Notes under the pieces: generated by a model
Databases searched by the model: none
What the model was told of the DNA's origin: nothing
The model's input: only the letters and a program-made list of their open reading frames with translations
Shown here: positions 28,810 to 40,535 of the stretch, in pieces
Layout: each line of letters starts with the position of its first letter
How positions within the stretch are numbered: position 1 is the stretch's first letter
Translations under genes and position numbers: made by a program
DNA from: Octopus vulgaris
Lineage: Eukaryota
Direction of reading: 5' to 3'
Assembly: GCA_951406725.2 (NCBI GenBank)
Contig: OX597827.1
Coordinates: forward strand, 55,800,001 to 55,864,000
DNA length: 64,000 bases

Positions 28810-30792
28810 TTCAGCAGAATAGCCCAAACCGAGAATCTCATTGGTCTATTGTAATAATGCGATTCTACGCGCTGCTAGTTCAAAACACCGAAATAAAAAA
28901 TAATATTCCCTCATAATATTTATATAATTACAACAAAACCGTAATGAAAGCAAAAATAATAATTATAGGTGAATAAATAAATAAATAAGAATCTGCGAAT
29001 ATTAAATAGCAGCACTACCTGAGTGACTGAATGCAATGTTATCTTGTGATGTGATGTTACTTATCGTCAGATGGCCTGTCCTATGTTAAACATACTAACG
29101 CAATGTTATAAGATTCTGGATGCATATCCTCTCTTAACGAAGTCGAACAGCCTTCTTTACCACATTATTTAATTACCATAGTGTAGAATCTACAGTTGCA
29201 GGCTGCTATCAAATATGCTCTCTATCCTCACGCGATCGATCGATAAAATGCGTACCAGTAATACACTAGGTTCAATTCAATTTCTATAGCCCTCGTCTTT
29301 GCCCCCCTACACTCACCACCACCACCACCATCCATAGAGGAATTGTTTTTGCATAATAGCAATCAATATCAGCTAATATATATATAAATACGTCGCTGCT
29401 AACGAGATAGTCGTTTATTATTCAGACGAAGACTGATAGCGTACGTACCAGTAATTAGATTGTGTATCATTACTGCTCATTAAGATTCTTGTATATAATG
29501 GAAACAGCTTTTTTTTTTTAAATTCTGAAATGATACTAACGATAAGCTAATACGAATAAGTGTGTGTATATATGTACACTCAAACACACACATGCACGCA
29601 CATACTCGCATACACATATATATGTGTGTGTGTGGTGTCCACTTAAGATGTCAAGCGGTTGTTTCTGCGGTATTCGAGAAACGGAAGGGAAACTTTAAAA
29701 CGAGACAACGAAGAACAGTGGACGGATTAAATTACAATTTTTAGTACTATTTTTGTACTTGAATTAATACAATTCTTCCATTCACAAAATATCAACTTAT
29801 TTTCCGCATTGGCAAGCAACTCCCTTCACACTGTACATTCACCATGACATTGCCAACCGAAGGGAGGGCTCCTGACGCAGTTTGCTCGACTGGTAGAATG
29901 GTGTAGAAATAGCAGCCACACCCTAACATCTTCAAAAAACAAAAAAGAAAGGATACATTGGACAATGACGTCCTTAGATATACAGAAAAATGAGTTGGTC
30001 TTAACTAGAACCCATCGGATCATAGGTTTGCTCCATCAGAGTTGACCAGTGGCTAAAAGAACTAACGGAAATCTGCTAGAAATAGCAGCCAAATCTCTCA
30101 AATTAGACCCCACAGTCTTAGAAAAAGACATATTGAATAATGTATTCCTGCGTGTACTATGCCTGCTAAAAAGAGGGACTGGCCACTACGAGAATGATTT
30201 TATCTTAGGTTGTTTAACCCCCCAGCTTCGCTATGATCAAGCAAGAGATAACCAGAACCATTCCAGCTATCATCATCTCGTCTTTTTTGTATATACAAGG
30301 GTTACACTGTCCAATATATCCATCCTCTTTTAAAGAGATTAGGCTGCTGTTTCTAACAGGTTGAACGAACAATAACATGCAAGTGGAATTTGTATTTAAA
30401 AACAAATAATAATAATAATAATAATAATAAAAACTGAGCAGAAACCCATCGGCTCGTCGAACTAACAGCTACATGGTTCGATATCAGTATAGAAGAGTTC
30501 CATCGTTGGCTCATAATTAATCAGATGTCTATTTGATCAGTGCCACCTAGGGCTATAAACATCAACAACCTTGACATTGCGGTGTTTTTTTTTTTTTTTT
30601 TTTTATCGTTATTTTTAACACAGTATATCAAAATGAAACTGCTCCGTCATTGAAAAATTACGAACATTTGAATTGTTTAAAATAATATATATTAATTTGT
30701 GAGCGAACATGCTTCTAGTCAGAAAGATTCAAGCAATCAAACTTTGAACCAAACCCAAAAATATTTTCTGAAAATTGTTAGGTCAAGTGACG

Positions 30793-30847
<55 letters not shown>

Positions 30848-30949
30848 TGTATATATATATGTATACACACACGTAAAATAATTACATATATATCAATATA
30901 CATATAATTACATCCTAGTGCACATATGTAAAAATGCATACGTAAATAC

Positions 30950-30991
<42 letters not shown>

Positions 30992-31034
30992 TACGTGTAT
31001 ATATGAATGCACATAGACATAAACTTACACTCAC

Positions 31035-31140
31035 ATATGGGCAGAAGTAAAGAATACGCACACACCCCGTTTTCGGCGTCACTCTAACCCTAAATGCCCA
31101 AAACGGGTGGTGTGCGTATTCTTTACCTTCGCCTACATAT
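31035..31140. mobile_element. Small hairpin MITE with a TAACCC motif in the loop
   Basis: Imperfect inverted arms of about 45 bp (gtaaagaatacgcaca / tgtgcgtattctttac) around cactctaaccctaa. Confidence 0.65.
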
Positions 31141-31207
31141 AAATACACACACAAATATATGTATATTAATATCTATAAATATACATATACGTATATTATT
31201 AGTAATG

Positions 31208-31504
31208 ACTAGCAGTATCGCCCGGCGTTGCTCGGGTTTGTAAGGGAAATAACTATATAAGCATTTTTAGAGAGTTACTTCCCTTATATAATAGCGAAAA
31301 AATGCATTAAAATGGAAAAAATTATGGTAAATTTTTTTAAATCGTAGACTCATCGTAGACGCGCGCTAATACCCAGAAGGGCTCGATATGAATCACGACT
31401 ATAAGATACCCGGTTTTGGTTAAACTGCACCGCAAAATGTGGGAGTAGTTAGGAATCTAAATCGTAGGAGACAGACACACAACTTCTCTTTTATATATAA
31501 AGAT
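31208..31504. mobile_element. Helentron/DINE-1-like non-autonomous element
   Basis: ACTAG terminus followed by GC hairpin cccggc-gtt-gctcggg; other end ttttatatataaagat. Truncated copy at about 60786-60890. Confidence 0.55.
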
Positions 31505-31519
31505 TACTCCGTCGCCCTC

Positions 31520-31870
31520 CTATAATAGAACAGATAAGGCAGTTTTCCTTCACCTGGTGGCTGTGGCGAAAGAGGTTGTCTGGTGGACGAGGCTAAAAGG
31601 CACGAGGGCAGAGACATTCCTCTCGTTGAATCCTCATCGACTTTTTCAAGTTTCACTAGAAAAGGAACGTGACAATGGAGAGGGATGTACTGTCCTCCAG
31701 TGAATTTATTGAAAGGTGGGTGAAGGTTGCGAAAATAGCAGGAGTGGTTGGTACTGCTCTAAGGAGGTACTTGCCCTTTGTGTTCAAAGATGGCTTGGAC
31801 AGTTGGGTTTCTCGATTATCCCTAGAGGTCCTCCTGTATCATCCTTCCCCTACCTTCTATCTTTTATGAC
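31520..31870 (+). mobile_element. L1/Tx1-like LINE 3' end
   Basis: LVAVAKEVVWWTR and ERDVLSSSEFIERWVKVAK resemble Tx1-type ORF2 C-termini. Confidence 0.5.
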
Positions 31871-33139
31871 ATACATATATCCTTTACATGTTTCAGTCAT
31901 CAGACTGCAGTCATGTTGGGAGAAAAGCCTTGAAGAATTTTAGTTCGAATGAATCAACTCCAGTATTTAATTTTGAAGCCTTGTATGTACTCTTTTGCTG
32001 AACCACTAAGTTACTGGGACATAAACACATCAACACCATTGTCAAGTGGTGGGGGACAAACACAAACTTCATCCAGTTTCCATCTACCAAATCCACTCAC
32101 AAGGTTTTGGTTGGCCTGAGACAATAGAAGATACTCGCCAAAGGTGCCATGTAGTGGGACAGAACCCATAACCATGTGGTTGGGAAACAAGTTTCTTACC
32201 ACACAGCCACACCAATATACATATATTTTTCTTTACTTGTTTCAGTCATTTGACTGCAGCCATGCTGGAGCACCGCCTTTAGTCGAGCAAATCGACCCTG
32301 GGACTTATTCTTTGTAAGCCCAGTACTTATTCTATCGGTCTCTTTTGCTGAAACGCTAAGTGACGGGGACGTAAACATACCAGCATTGGTTGTCAAGCAA
32401 TGCTAGGGGGACAAACACAGACACACAAACACACATATATATATACGACAGGCTTCTTTCAGTTTCCGTCTACCAAATCCACTCACAAGGCATTGGTCGG
32501 CCCGGGGCTATAGCAGAAGACACTTGCCCAAGATGCTACGCAGTGGGACTGAACCTGGAACCATGTGGTTGGTTAGCAAGCTACTTACCACACAGCCACT
32601 CCTATATTTTTTTTTTACCATTTCATTATATGTAAACCTCCACACTTTATGTCCGTCTTTGTATTGTACCCCTCATTCTTCAACCTGGTGCCAAATAAAA
32701 AAAACTGATAGAATCATTAGCATACCAGGTAAAATGTTTAGTGGTATTTCGTCCATCTTGACATTCTGAGTTAAGATTCTGCTGAAGTCGATTTTGTCTT
32801 TCATCCTTTCGGTGTCAATAAGATAAGTACCAGTTGAATCCTGGGGTTGATTTAATCGACTTAATCCCTCCCCTGAAGTTGCTGGTCTTGGGCCAAAACT
32901 TGAAACCATTATTATTAAGGTGGCCTGCTTGTAGAATTGCTAGCATACCAGGTAAAATGCTTAGCAGCACTTCGTCTTTATGTTCTGAGTTCAAATTCTG
33001 CTGAGAACAGCTTTGCCTTTTCATCCTTTCAGAGTTGATAAAGTAAGTACCAGCTGAGCACCAAGGTCCATGTAATCAACTAGCTCCCTCTCACAAAATT
33101 TTAGGCCATGTGCCAATAGTAGAAAGAATTATCAAATGG

Positions 33140-33479
33140 AAATTGTAGTTGTGATACCTGTGCCAGTGGCACGTAAAAAGCACCATCCAAACGTGGCCAA
33201 TGCCAGCGCTGCCTTGACTGGCTTCTGTGCCGGTGGCACGTAAAAAGCACCAACCGATCGTGGCCGCTGCCAGCCTCCCCTGGCACCTGTGCCAGTGGCA
33301 CGTAAAAAGCACCCACTACACTCACAGAGTGGCTGGCGTTAGGAAGGGCATCCAGCTGTAGGAACACTGCCAGATCAGATTGGAGCCTGGTGCAGCCACC
33401 TGGCTTCCCAGACCCCAGTCGAACCGTCCAACCCGTGCTAGCATGGAAAACGGACGTTAAATGATGATGATGATGATGA
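33140..33479 (+). mobile_element. SINE family 3 (V-domain-like core, (ATG)n tail)
   Basis: ggcgttaggaagggcatccagctgtag core, ...ggacgttaaatgatgatg tail. Copies at about 5290-5540, 6660-7250, 14440-14820(-), 21860-22130, 26820-27113, 46369-46552, 49020-49282. Confidence 0.85.
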
Positions 33480-34115
33480 ACATTGACAGAATTGATGTAA
33501 AGGTCAGGAGTTTCATACCTAGCACTTATCAAGTTTCATGCACATAACTCTTGGCTATTGAATCACTTTTTAATTGATACTGATTAAAGATAATTCTTTC
33601 TACTATAGGCAAAAGGCATGAAATTTTTTTTTTGGGGGGGAGGGGCATGTTGATTACATTAACCACAAAGCTCAACTGGTACTTATTTCATTGACTGGGA
33701 AAGGACACATGGCAAAGACCATCTCAGATGAATATGAAATCAGAACATAAAAATGGCAGACATGCGGCAAAGCATGCTAACAGTGTTGTCTGCTGTATAA
33801 ATAAATACCAAAGGATAAATTTATGGTGATTAAGAGCTCCATAACACGTTACACACCAAGGTACATAGAAGTTAATTCAAACAGGACTGACTTGCATGTT
33901 TATGCATAATCAGCTACAATAGTCTTTAAGAGCAACATATTTAGCAGAAAAGCATAAGTTTCACATACACTTCATATTTTCATTGTGCTCAAAAGTTGTT
34001 TCACTAAAATAAACACCATCAAATGTTACTAATAGAGAAAACATTAGAAAGGGGAAAAGGACCAAATAATGCTAAAATATAGGTATCAGCATATATATAT
34101 ATATATATATATATA

Positions 34116-34298
34116 CTTTATTTAAAGCAGCAGAAAATTCAACAAAACCTAGCAAAAACTGTCCGACGAACGGCAACGGGAAACTCAGAGTAACAGGTTT
34201 TGTTGAATTTTCTGCTGCTTTAAATAAAGCATATTACTCTACCACCGGTATTTGAGTACTCTTTTTTCCACCTTGTTTCACATTTATGTGTTTACTCC

Positions 34299-34300
<2 letters not shown>
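34116..34300 (+). mobile_element. Hammerhead-bearing element in (TA)n with perfect 35-bp inverted duplication
   Basis: 34116-34150 is the reverse complement of 34195-34229. TA tracts on both flanks. Confidence 0.7.
34159..34196 (+). ncRNA. Minimal type I hammerhead motif (core variant CCGACGA)
   Basis: Stem I ctgt/acag; CCGACGA 34163-69; cg-GCAA-cg stem II; GAAA; ctc-a-gag stem III; GUA triplet (after 34192). Confidence 0.65.
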
Positions 34301-34333
<33 letters not shown>

Positions 34334-34581
34334 CTGTTCAGATGTTTTGCGCTCTTGTCCCATTTTGTATTTTATACTAGCATGGAAAACGGACGTTAAA
34401 CGATGATGATGATACATAAACTACAAAATGGGACAACAAAACATTTAGATAGATGATACAAAGAAAACAAGGACAGGTCATTCAAAGTTTTCTTTCCTCA
34501 GCCGAGTACCAGATTATCTTTGCAATTTCGGCTGATATATATATATATATACCCATACATACATACACACTTATCCATATA

Positions 34582-34805
34582 CAGTAATTCCTTGACTATC
34601 ACAGGTGTTGCTTTCCAAAACAACCCTGCGATAGGTGAAAATCCTTGAAGTAGAAACAGTACTGTACTGTATACTTTTTTTTATTATTTTTATAATTTGT
34701 ACATATTTATTTTATTATAAATGCAAAACAATACTAGGGAAGGATCCATGTGAGCTTAAATAATAAACCATGATAGGTGAACCGCGATAGGGCGAGGAAT
34801 TTTTG
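34582..34805. mobile_element. Tigger/pogo-like MITE
   Basis: TA-flanked; cagtaattccttgactatc start and gatagggcgaggaatttttg end are degenerate TIRs. Confidence 0.6.
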
Positions 34806-35011
34806 TATTTAGTTTTTTTTTTGTCCTTCCTCTTCTTTTTGGTGTTTTCTATGTCTCAATTAATTTAAACCAGTAACAGTTATCTGTTTAAAATAATGAG
34901 ACATTCCTGGTGATTTGGGTAAACCGTTTTGAAAATTAATTTAATGCCTTTTCAATTATGTATCACAATTACAAAATTATACATTCGGTAGTGTTTATCT
35001 TACTGGAATAC

Positions 35012-35043
<32 letters not shown>

Positions 35044-36106
35044 CCAAGTTTGCATGATTGTGTATAGAAGAATATATTAATCAATGAAATTCCAACTAAG
35101 TCTGGTTTCCATGTTTTATTATTTTCAATTTGTGAAAACAGCAAATAATAAACATGAAAACCATACTTAGTTGGAATTTCATTGACTAATTATATATATA
35201 TATAAATATATATATATACACACCACACACACATACATATATCATCATCAGTTAACATCTGTTTACCATGCTGGTATGGGTTGGATGGTTTGTCAGGAGC
35301 TGGCAAGGCTGGGGGTTGCATCAGGTTCCATTGTCTGTCATGGCATGGTTTTTACAGCAACACCAACCACTTTGCAGAATGTACTGAGTGGTTTTTATGT
35401 GGCACCAGCACCAACAGGGTTGCCAAGTACCTTGGAAGATAAAAGCCCCTCAACTGGGGGTGGGAGTGAGTAGCATTGATGGGCTATGGTTTGTGCCAGT
35501 TGAGGGATTAAAGGTATAGAGGGGCAGGTATAGGTGTCTTGCTGTAGAGTAGATACATGGATACTCCAGTTGGAAAAGAAAAGAAAGTGAGTTAGAGCGT
35601 AATATAAAGACAGTGATAGTGACAGAGATTACAACCAAAATTTATCAGGACATGTCCTTGAGGGACAATAAGGGTGGTGAGAATAGGTGAGGTGATATAG
35701 AGGGTTGGGTTGGGTGAGTGAGCAGGGGAGATGACTGTAGTAAATGATGGAGAGAAACATAGGAGAGCCTCCTGGGTGGTAGATATGAGGGCTTTGAAGA
35801 TGTAAACCCCTCAACTGTGGTGGTGGGGGCGAGTAGTATTGAATGAGTGTGGCCTTGTGCTAGTTGAAAAAAATAAGGTATAGGTGTCTTGCTGTAGAGC
35901 AGACACATGGATACCTCAGTTGGATAAAAATGGAGAGTGAGTTACAGAGTAAGATAAAATCTTTTACAGGGCACAGAAAATCTAAGGGGCCGCTGCAATA
36001 AGTGTGTGAATATGTTGAATAAAATCATAATAAACTGATTCTGTATTTTCTTTTACCCAAAGCCAGGCAACTTTTCAGCACCCCCTCATGTATATGTATA
36101 TATATG

Positions 36107-36144
<38 letters not shown>

Positions 36145-36152
<8 letters not shown>

Positions 36153-36613
36153 AATATAAGAGAGTTACCGTTAAGTGGTTAACTCTAGTGCTAAAAATAG
36201 CTCCTTATTCTGGTATAGCCACCGCGTATGCAATCGATTGGACCGCATGGGTACTTGATGCTCGTGAGGGTCCAATAAATTGTACCGAAGACAAATGCTG
36301 CTGATGACTTATATGTGAGTATAATTGCATATTATATTGATAAAGAAACAATTGTTCAGCATTAATCTATCTTTTCGTTGTGTTTCATTTTCCTTACGTT
36401 GAGGGTAATGTTATTTCTTTGTGGAAATAACTTCGGTGGCTATACCAGAATAAGGAGCTATTTTTAGCACTAGAGTTAACCACTTAACGGTAACTCTCTT
36501 ATATTTATGTATAAATTTGTATTGTTTCCCTGGTTTTTATGTGCTAAGCCACTTGGTGTTAAACTGATGGTATTATTAAATTAATATCTAATTTTTCACC
36601 CTTAATTATGAAT
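36145..36613 (+). mobile_element. Hammerhead-bearing element in (TA)n with perfect 80-bp inverted duplication
   Basis: 36145-36224 is the exact reverse complement of 36434-36513. TA tracts on both flanks. Confidence 0.75.
36294..36363 (+). ncRNA. Type I hammerhead ribozyme (minimal, dimer-type stem III)
   Basis: Stem I aatgctg/cagcatt (7 bp); CTGATGA 36301-07; stem II ttat...ataa; GAAA 36345-48; palindromic CAATTG; triplet GUU (after 36356). Confidence 0.85.
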
Positions 36614-36884
36614 TTATATATATATATATATAGGTGCAGGAGTGACTGTGTGATAAGTAGCTTGCTTACCAACCACATGGTTCCGGGTTCAGTCCCTCTG
36701 CGTGGCATCTTGGGCAAGTGACTTCAACTATAGCCTCGGGCTGACCAAAGCCTTGTGAGTGGATTTGGTCAACGGAAACTGAAAGAAGCCCATCGTGTAT
36801 ATACATATATCTTTTAAAAATGCATTTTCAAACCTTCTTTCGTATATAATTCCACTCATGCGGTACCCTACAACTCCACTTTGT

Positions 36885-36927
<43 letters not shown>

Positions 36928-37603
36928 TTGTGTGTCTGTGTTTGTCCCCCCACCATCGCTTGACAACCAATGTTGGTGTGTTCATGTCCCTGTAACTTAG
37001 CGGTTCAGCAAAAAGAGACCGATAGAATAAGGACCAGGCTTATAAAGAATAAGTCCTGAGGTCGATTCTTTCAACTAAAGGCAGTGCTCCAGCATGGCTG
37101 CAGTCAAATGACTGAAACAAATAAAAGGATAAAAGAATATATATGTGTGTGTGTATACACACACACATCAGAAAAAAAAAAAGCATGTATAGAATTTCTT
37201 ATCCATAATTGTTTGGACAAAGATTCAAAAATGCTTATTATTTTTACTTTTGAATCTGTCTGAAGAATTACAGATAGGGGATACTATGTGTTTTTTGTTT
37301 TTTTTATATACATGTAGATCTTTGTTATTCCTATCTTGTAATGAAACACCTGTAACATAGAATTAATAATACACCAAATTTTTCCAGTCTTCTGTTTCGA
37401 TGTGTAATAATTCTGCCAACTGAATGCACCAAAAATGTCAACTACTATGTATATCACATTTAAAACAAAACACCTATATACATATATATTGGATGAATGT
37501 GAGCATACAGGTGTGCTTCACAAGGACACAGCTTGGATTATAACCACTTACATTTCACTATATAGATAGATACATTCAAATATGTGCCCACATATACATA
37601 TAT

Positions 37604-37650
<47 letters not shown>

Positions 37651-37801
37651 GATATATTCATATATGTACACACACACATATATATATATATATACACATA
37701 CATACACACACATATATATATATATATACACATACATACACATGTATATATATCTTTTATCTTTTACTTGTTTCTGTCATTTGACTGTGGCCATGCTGGA
37801 G

Positions 37802-37851
<50 letters not shown>

Positions 37852-38907
37852 GAAACGAGTGTGTGCGTGTGTGTAATTATATACACATATGCGTATATAT
37901 GTAACATGCAGAGAAAGTGTTAAAAAGGTGTATTGGCAGAAAAGATAAGGGCTCGTCTGAAAAAAAGGGTTTTGCCAGATTAGATCAAAATGCTATGCTA
38001 TAGAAATTGTGTAAGTGGAAAAAAAAAACAAGATCTATGCTTGTCATATAATAAATAGGAAAGGGAAAAATACGATACCTAGTTAAGTCGGATTTTCTAT
38101 GGAGCAAGCTAATTTAATTATAGAAGACAGCTTGTTGGCGAAGATGTTTGTAAACTAATTTATGAAAACCAGAAGACCCTTGCGCGAAGGTTTGTAACAC
38201 AGGAAATAACACAGAAAAAGGTCGTCTATATTTTGTAGGAAAACAAAACTTTTATTGAGAAACGAAACTGCAGAAGCCTGGCCATGCTGTCGTATATAAG
38301 CATGATACCACTGAGAACTATTCCTCAATTTTCTGAACCCTAAACCACCCGAACACTACTTTTCCTGAAATCGATATGCAACTACATCTAAATAACAGAC
38401 ATTATTAATTTGGAGGGGAAACGGCTTCGTAACTAGGGAATTTTATATTTATATATGTATAGCTGTGTACGTGTGTGCGTGTGTATGTACAACAGAGAAG
38501 GCTAACTAAATTGAATGTCACCACACAATTTCGAAGTTGATAAGAAGGATGACCCTTTCACCTAAAGTTATCATGTTAGTTGTTTACAACCGAAATAACA
38601 GCAAAGACATGGATGGATTGACAAATGAGAAACAAGAGGGGTGTCTCCCTTCTTAATGAAGGTGCTACTTGTTATATTTTACATAGGCATTAATTAATGT
38701 AAAAAGCGACAATTAAGATGTAAAAGTTTAAAAGAAGTTGGCATTTAAACAGGAAATTATCCATGAGAAATAAATGAAATTGAATAGTTGTCTGAAATTA
38801 TTATTACTCGAGGAGTGATTTGTCAGAAAAGGACAAAAAGGAATTGTTTTCGAGTGGGAAGTAAAGTTTGACTTGGGTTTCAAATGCTATGACGTGAAGA
38901 AGTTTAC

Positions 38908-39089
38908 CTGAGAGTGGTGGCCAGTGGACCGTCGGCAGATTCGATTTCCGTAATAAGGTGATCGTGATGGGCTTTGATGGCTTCTTCTCGAACCAAGTCA
39001 GCATCTTTGACAGTCGTCTCACCCATTTTTTCCCATTGTTTGTATTGAAATGTTTTGGGGGGAGGTACTCCACGATCGGCAGTCGCCAT
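38908..39089 (-). CDS. First coding exon (A) of an unidentified minus-strand gene
   Basis: ATG at 39089, open to a strong donor CAG|gtaaac (phase 2). Encodes MATADRGVPPPKTFQYKQWEKMGETTVKDADLVREEAIKAHHDHLITEIESADGPLATTL(R/S). Higher GC and retained CpG, preceded by a GA-rich leader and a promoter-like region. Confidence 0.7.
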
Positions 39090-39700
39090 ACTGGCTTCAA
39101 CTCTCTCTCTATTCCCCCCTCTAGCTTTATATCTCTCTCTCTCCTTCACTCTCAACTTCCCCCCTGTATTTTTGTATCGCTCTCTCTCCCTCACTCTTGA
39201 CTGCCCCCGTCTATCTTTGTATCTCTCTCCCTCGCTCTCAACTTCCCCCTCCTACTCTGTCATTGTATTTCTCTCTCTTTCTCTCTCATTTAAGCTTTCT
39301 ATTTCTCTTCTGTTATGCTTTTGCTGCTAAGAACACATAATACACGTCTGCGCAATACTGACATCCGTCAACTAATCCCTTGTCAAAATTCAGTTTCACC
39401 TTTCTCGACCCGGAAGTACTTGTAACACGGCATCAATAACATATGTTACATTTGGATGCCCTCCACTACTTCTCTGTTTATTCTCCCGCCTCCTTAAATA
39501 TATGTATATATCATGAAAAAGCACTTTTTTAGCTTTTACATTGCCCATGATATTTGACTTTTTGGCATGAGTTATGTTTTCTTTAATTCCGCTTCCTCGT
39601 CCGCGGCTGTTAAACAAAATTGTCAAAATACTGTATGAGAAGGGTAAAGGAAACGAGGATCGTGTTACTCTTGTTAGTCATATATTTTAATTAGCTTGCG
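39090..39700. promoter_or_regulatory. CpG-retaining promoter region, possibly bidirectional
   Basis: Immediately upstream of exon A. ETS-type motif CCGGAAGT at 39410-39417, TTCCGCTTCC near 39587, CT/GA tract 39100-39310, CpGs not depleted. Confidence 0.5.
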
Positions 39701-39989
39701 AAATATTGAAATCAGTACTGTTATAAAAGGCATGGGTGATCTCAAAACCAGGAGAAGATAGTGAAAGGTAATGATATTATCACGGTAGATCGAGTTTCTC
39801 TGAGGACAGATCTGTGGATACCGTTATTCCCCCCCACCCCCTTTTTTTTTTTAAGAAAGCATATAACGTTAGGAAATATAGTATAATTCGGAAAGTGACG
39901 TGTCAATGCTTTCTGGAATTTAATTCGCAATGGGGCCAATTATTTTCAGACTTTCTTGATCTGTTAACTGGTGTTCACACAAGGATGTA

Positions 39990-40040
<51 letters not shown>

Positions 40041-40041
40041 A

Positions 40042-40196
40042 TTATATGCAGTTAAGTCCTTGTCCGGTCATAGAGTGACCAATGATTTCGCATCCATAAA
40101 GGGCCTAGTTCCATAGACAGGGCTAGCCTCTAGGCCCTTTATAGATGCGAAACCTTTGGTCACTCTATGACCGAACACAGACTTAACTGCATATAA
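40042..40196. mobile_element. Fold-back palindrome made of two 5'-truncated hammerhead halves
   Basis: Inverted arms of about 66 bp. The right arm tttatagatgcGAAAcctttggTCactctatgaccg is homologous to the 3' half of the 40536 ribozyme. Confidence 0.7.
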
Positions 40197-40395
40197 ATAC
40201 ATTACTGCTTTAGAGCGTGCTTCTTTTTTGGGAACATGATACACTGAAGAATTGTAATCTTTTCGTTCTTGGTACGGGGGATTAAAATTTTTGCTCATTA
40301 CCCCGACTTCAATTAATGTGTATCAGTGAGAATTTGTTGTTGTAGTTGTCTTCTGGCTGCTATTTTTAGCGTACCGGTGCTACCTGTACTACCTT

Positions 40396-40492
40396 GCAAC
40401 AGGACCTCCGTAATGCCATGATGGACCGTGAAGTCTGGCGTAGCATGGTAAATTCCATTGTCCCGACCACGGTCGAACAATGATGATGAATG
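40396..40492 (+). mobile_element. 97-bp 5'-truncated RTE insertion with intact TSD
   Basis: QQDLRNAMMDREVWRSMVNSIVPTTVEQ* plus (TGA)n tail, flanked by actacctt at 40388-95 and 40493-500. Confidence 0.8.
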
Positions 40493-40535
40493 ACTACCTT
40501 TAATTATTAATAATCTTATATGCCGATGACCAGTT

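Noticed and set aside
33158-33313. Three 27-bp hairpin repeats (ctgtgccagtggcacgtaaaaagcacc) with 35-40 bp spacers, CRISPR-like
   Set aside because: Spacers resemble each other, the unit is internal to SINE family 3 (also at 7050-7230), the context is eukaryotic and there are no cas genes.
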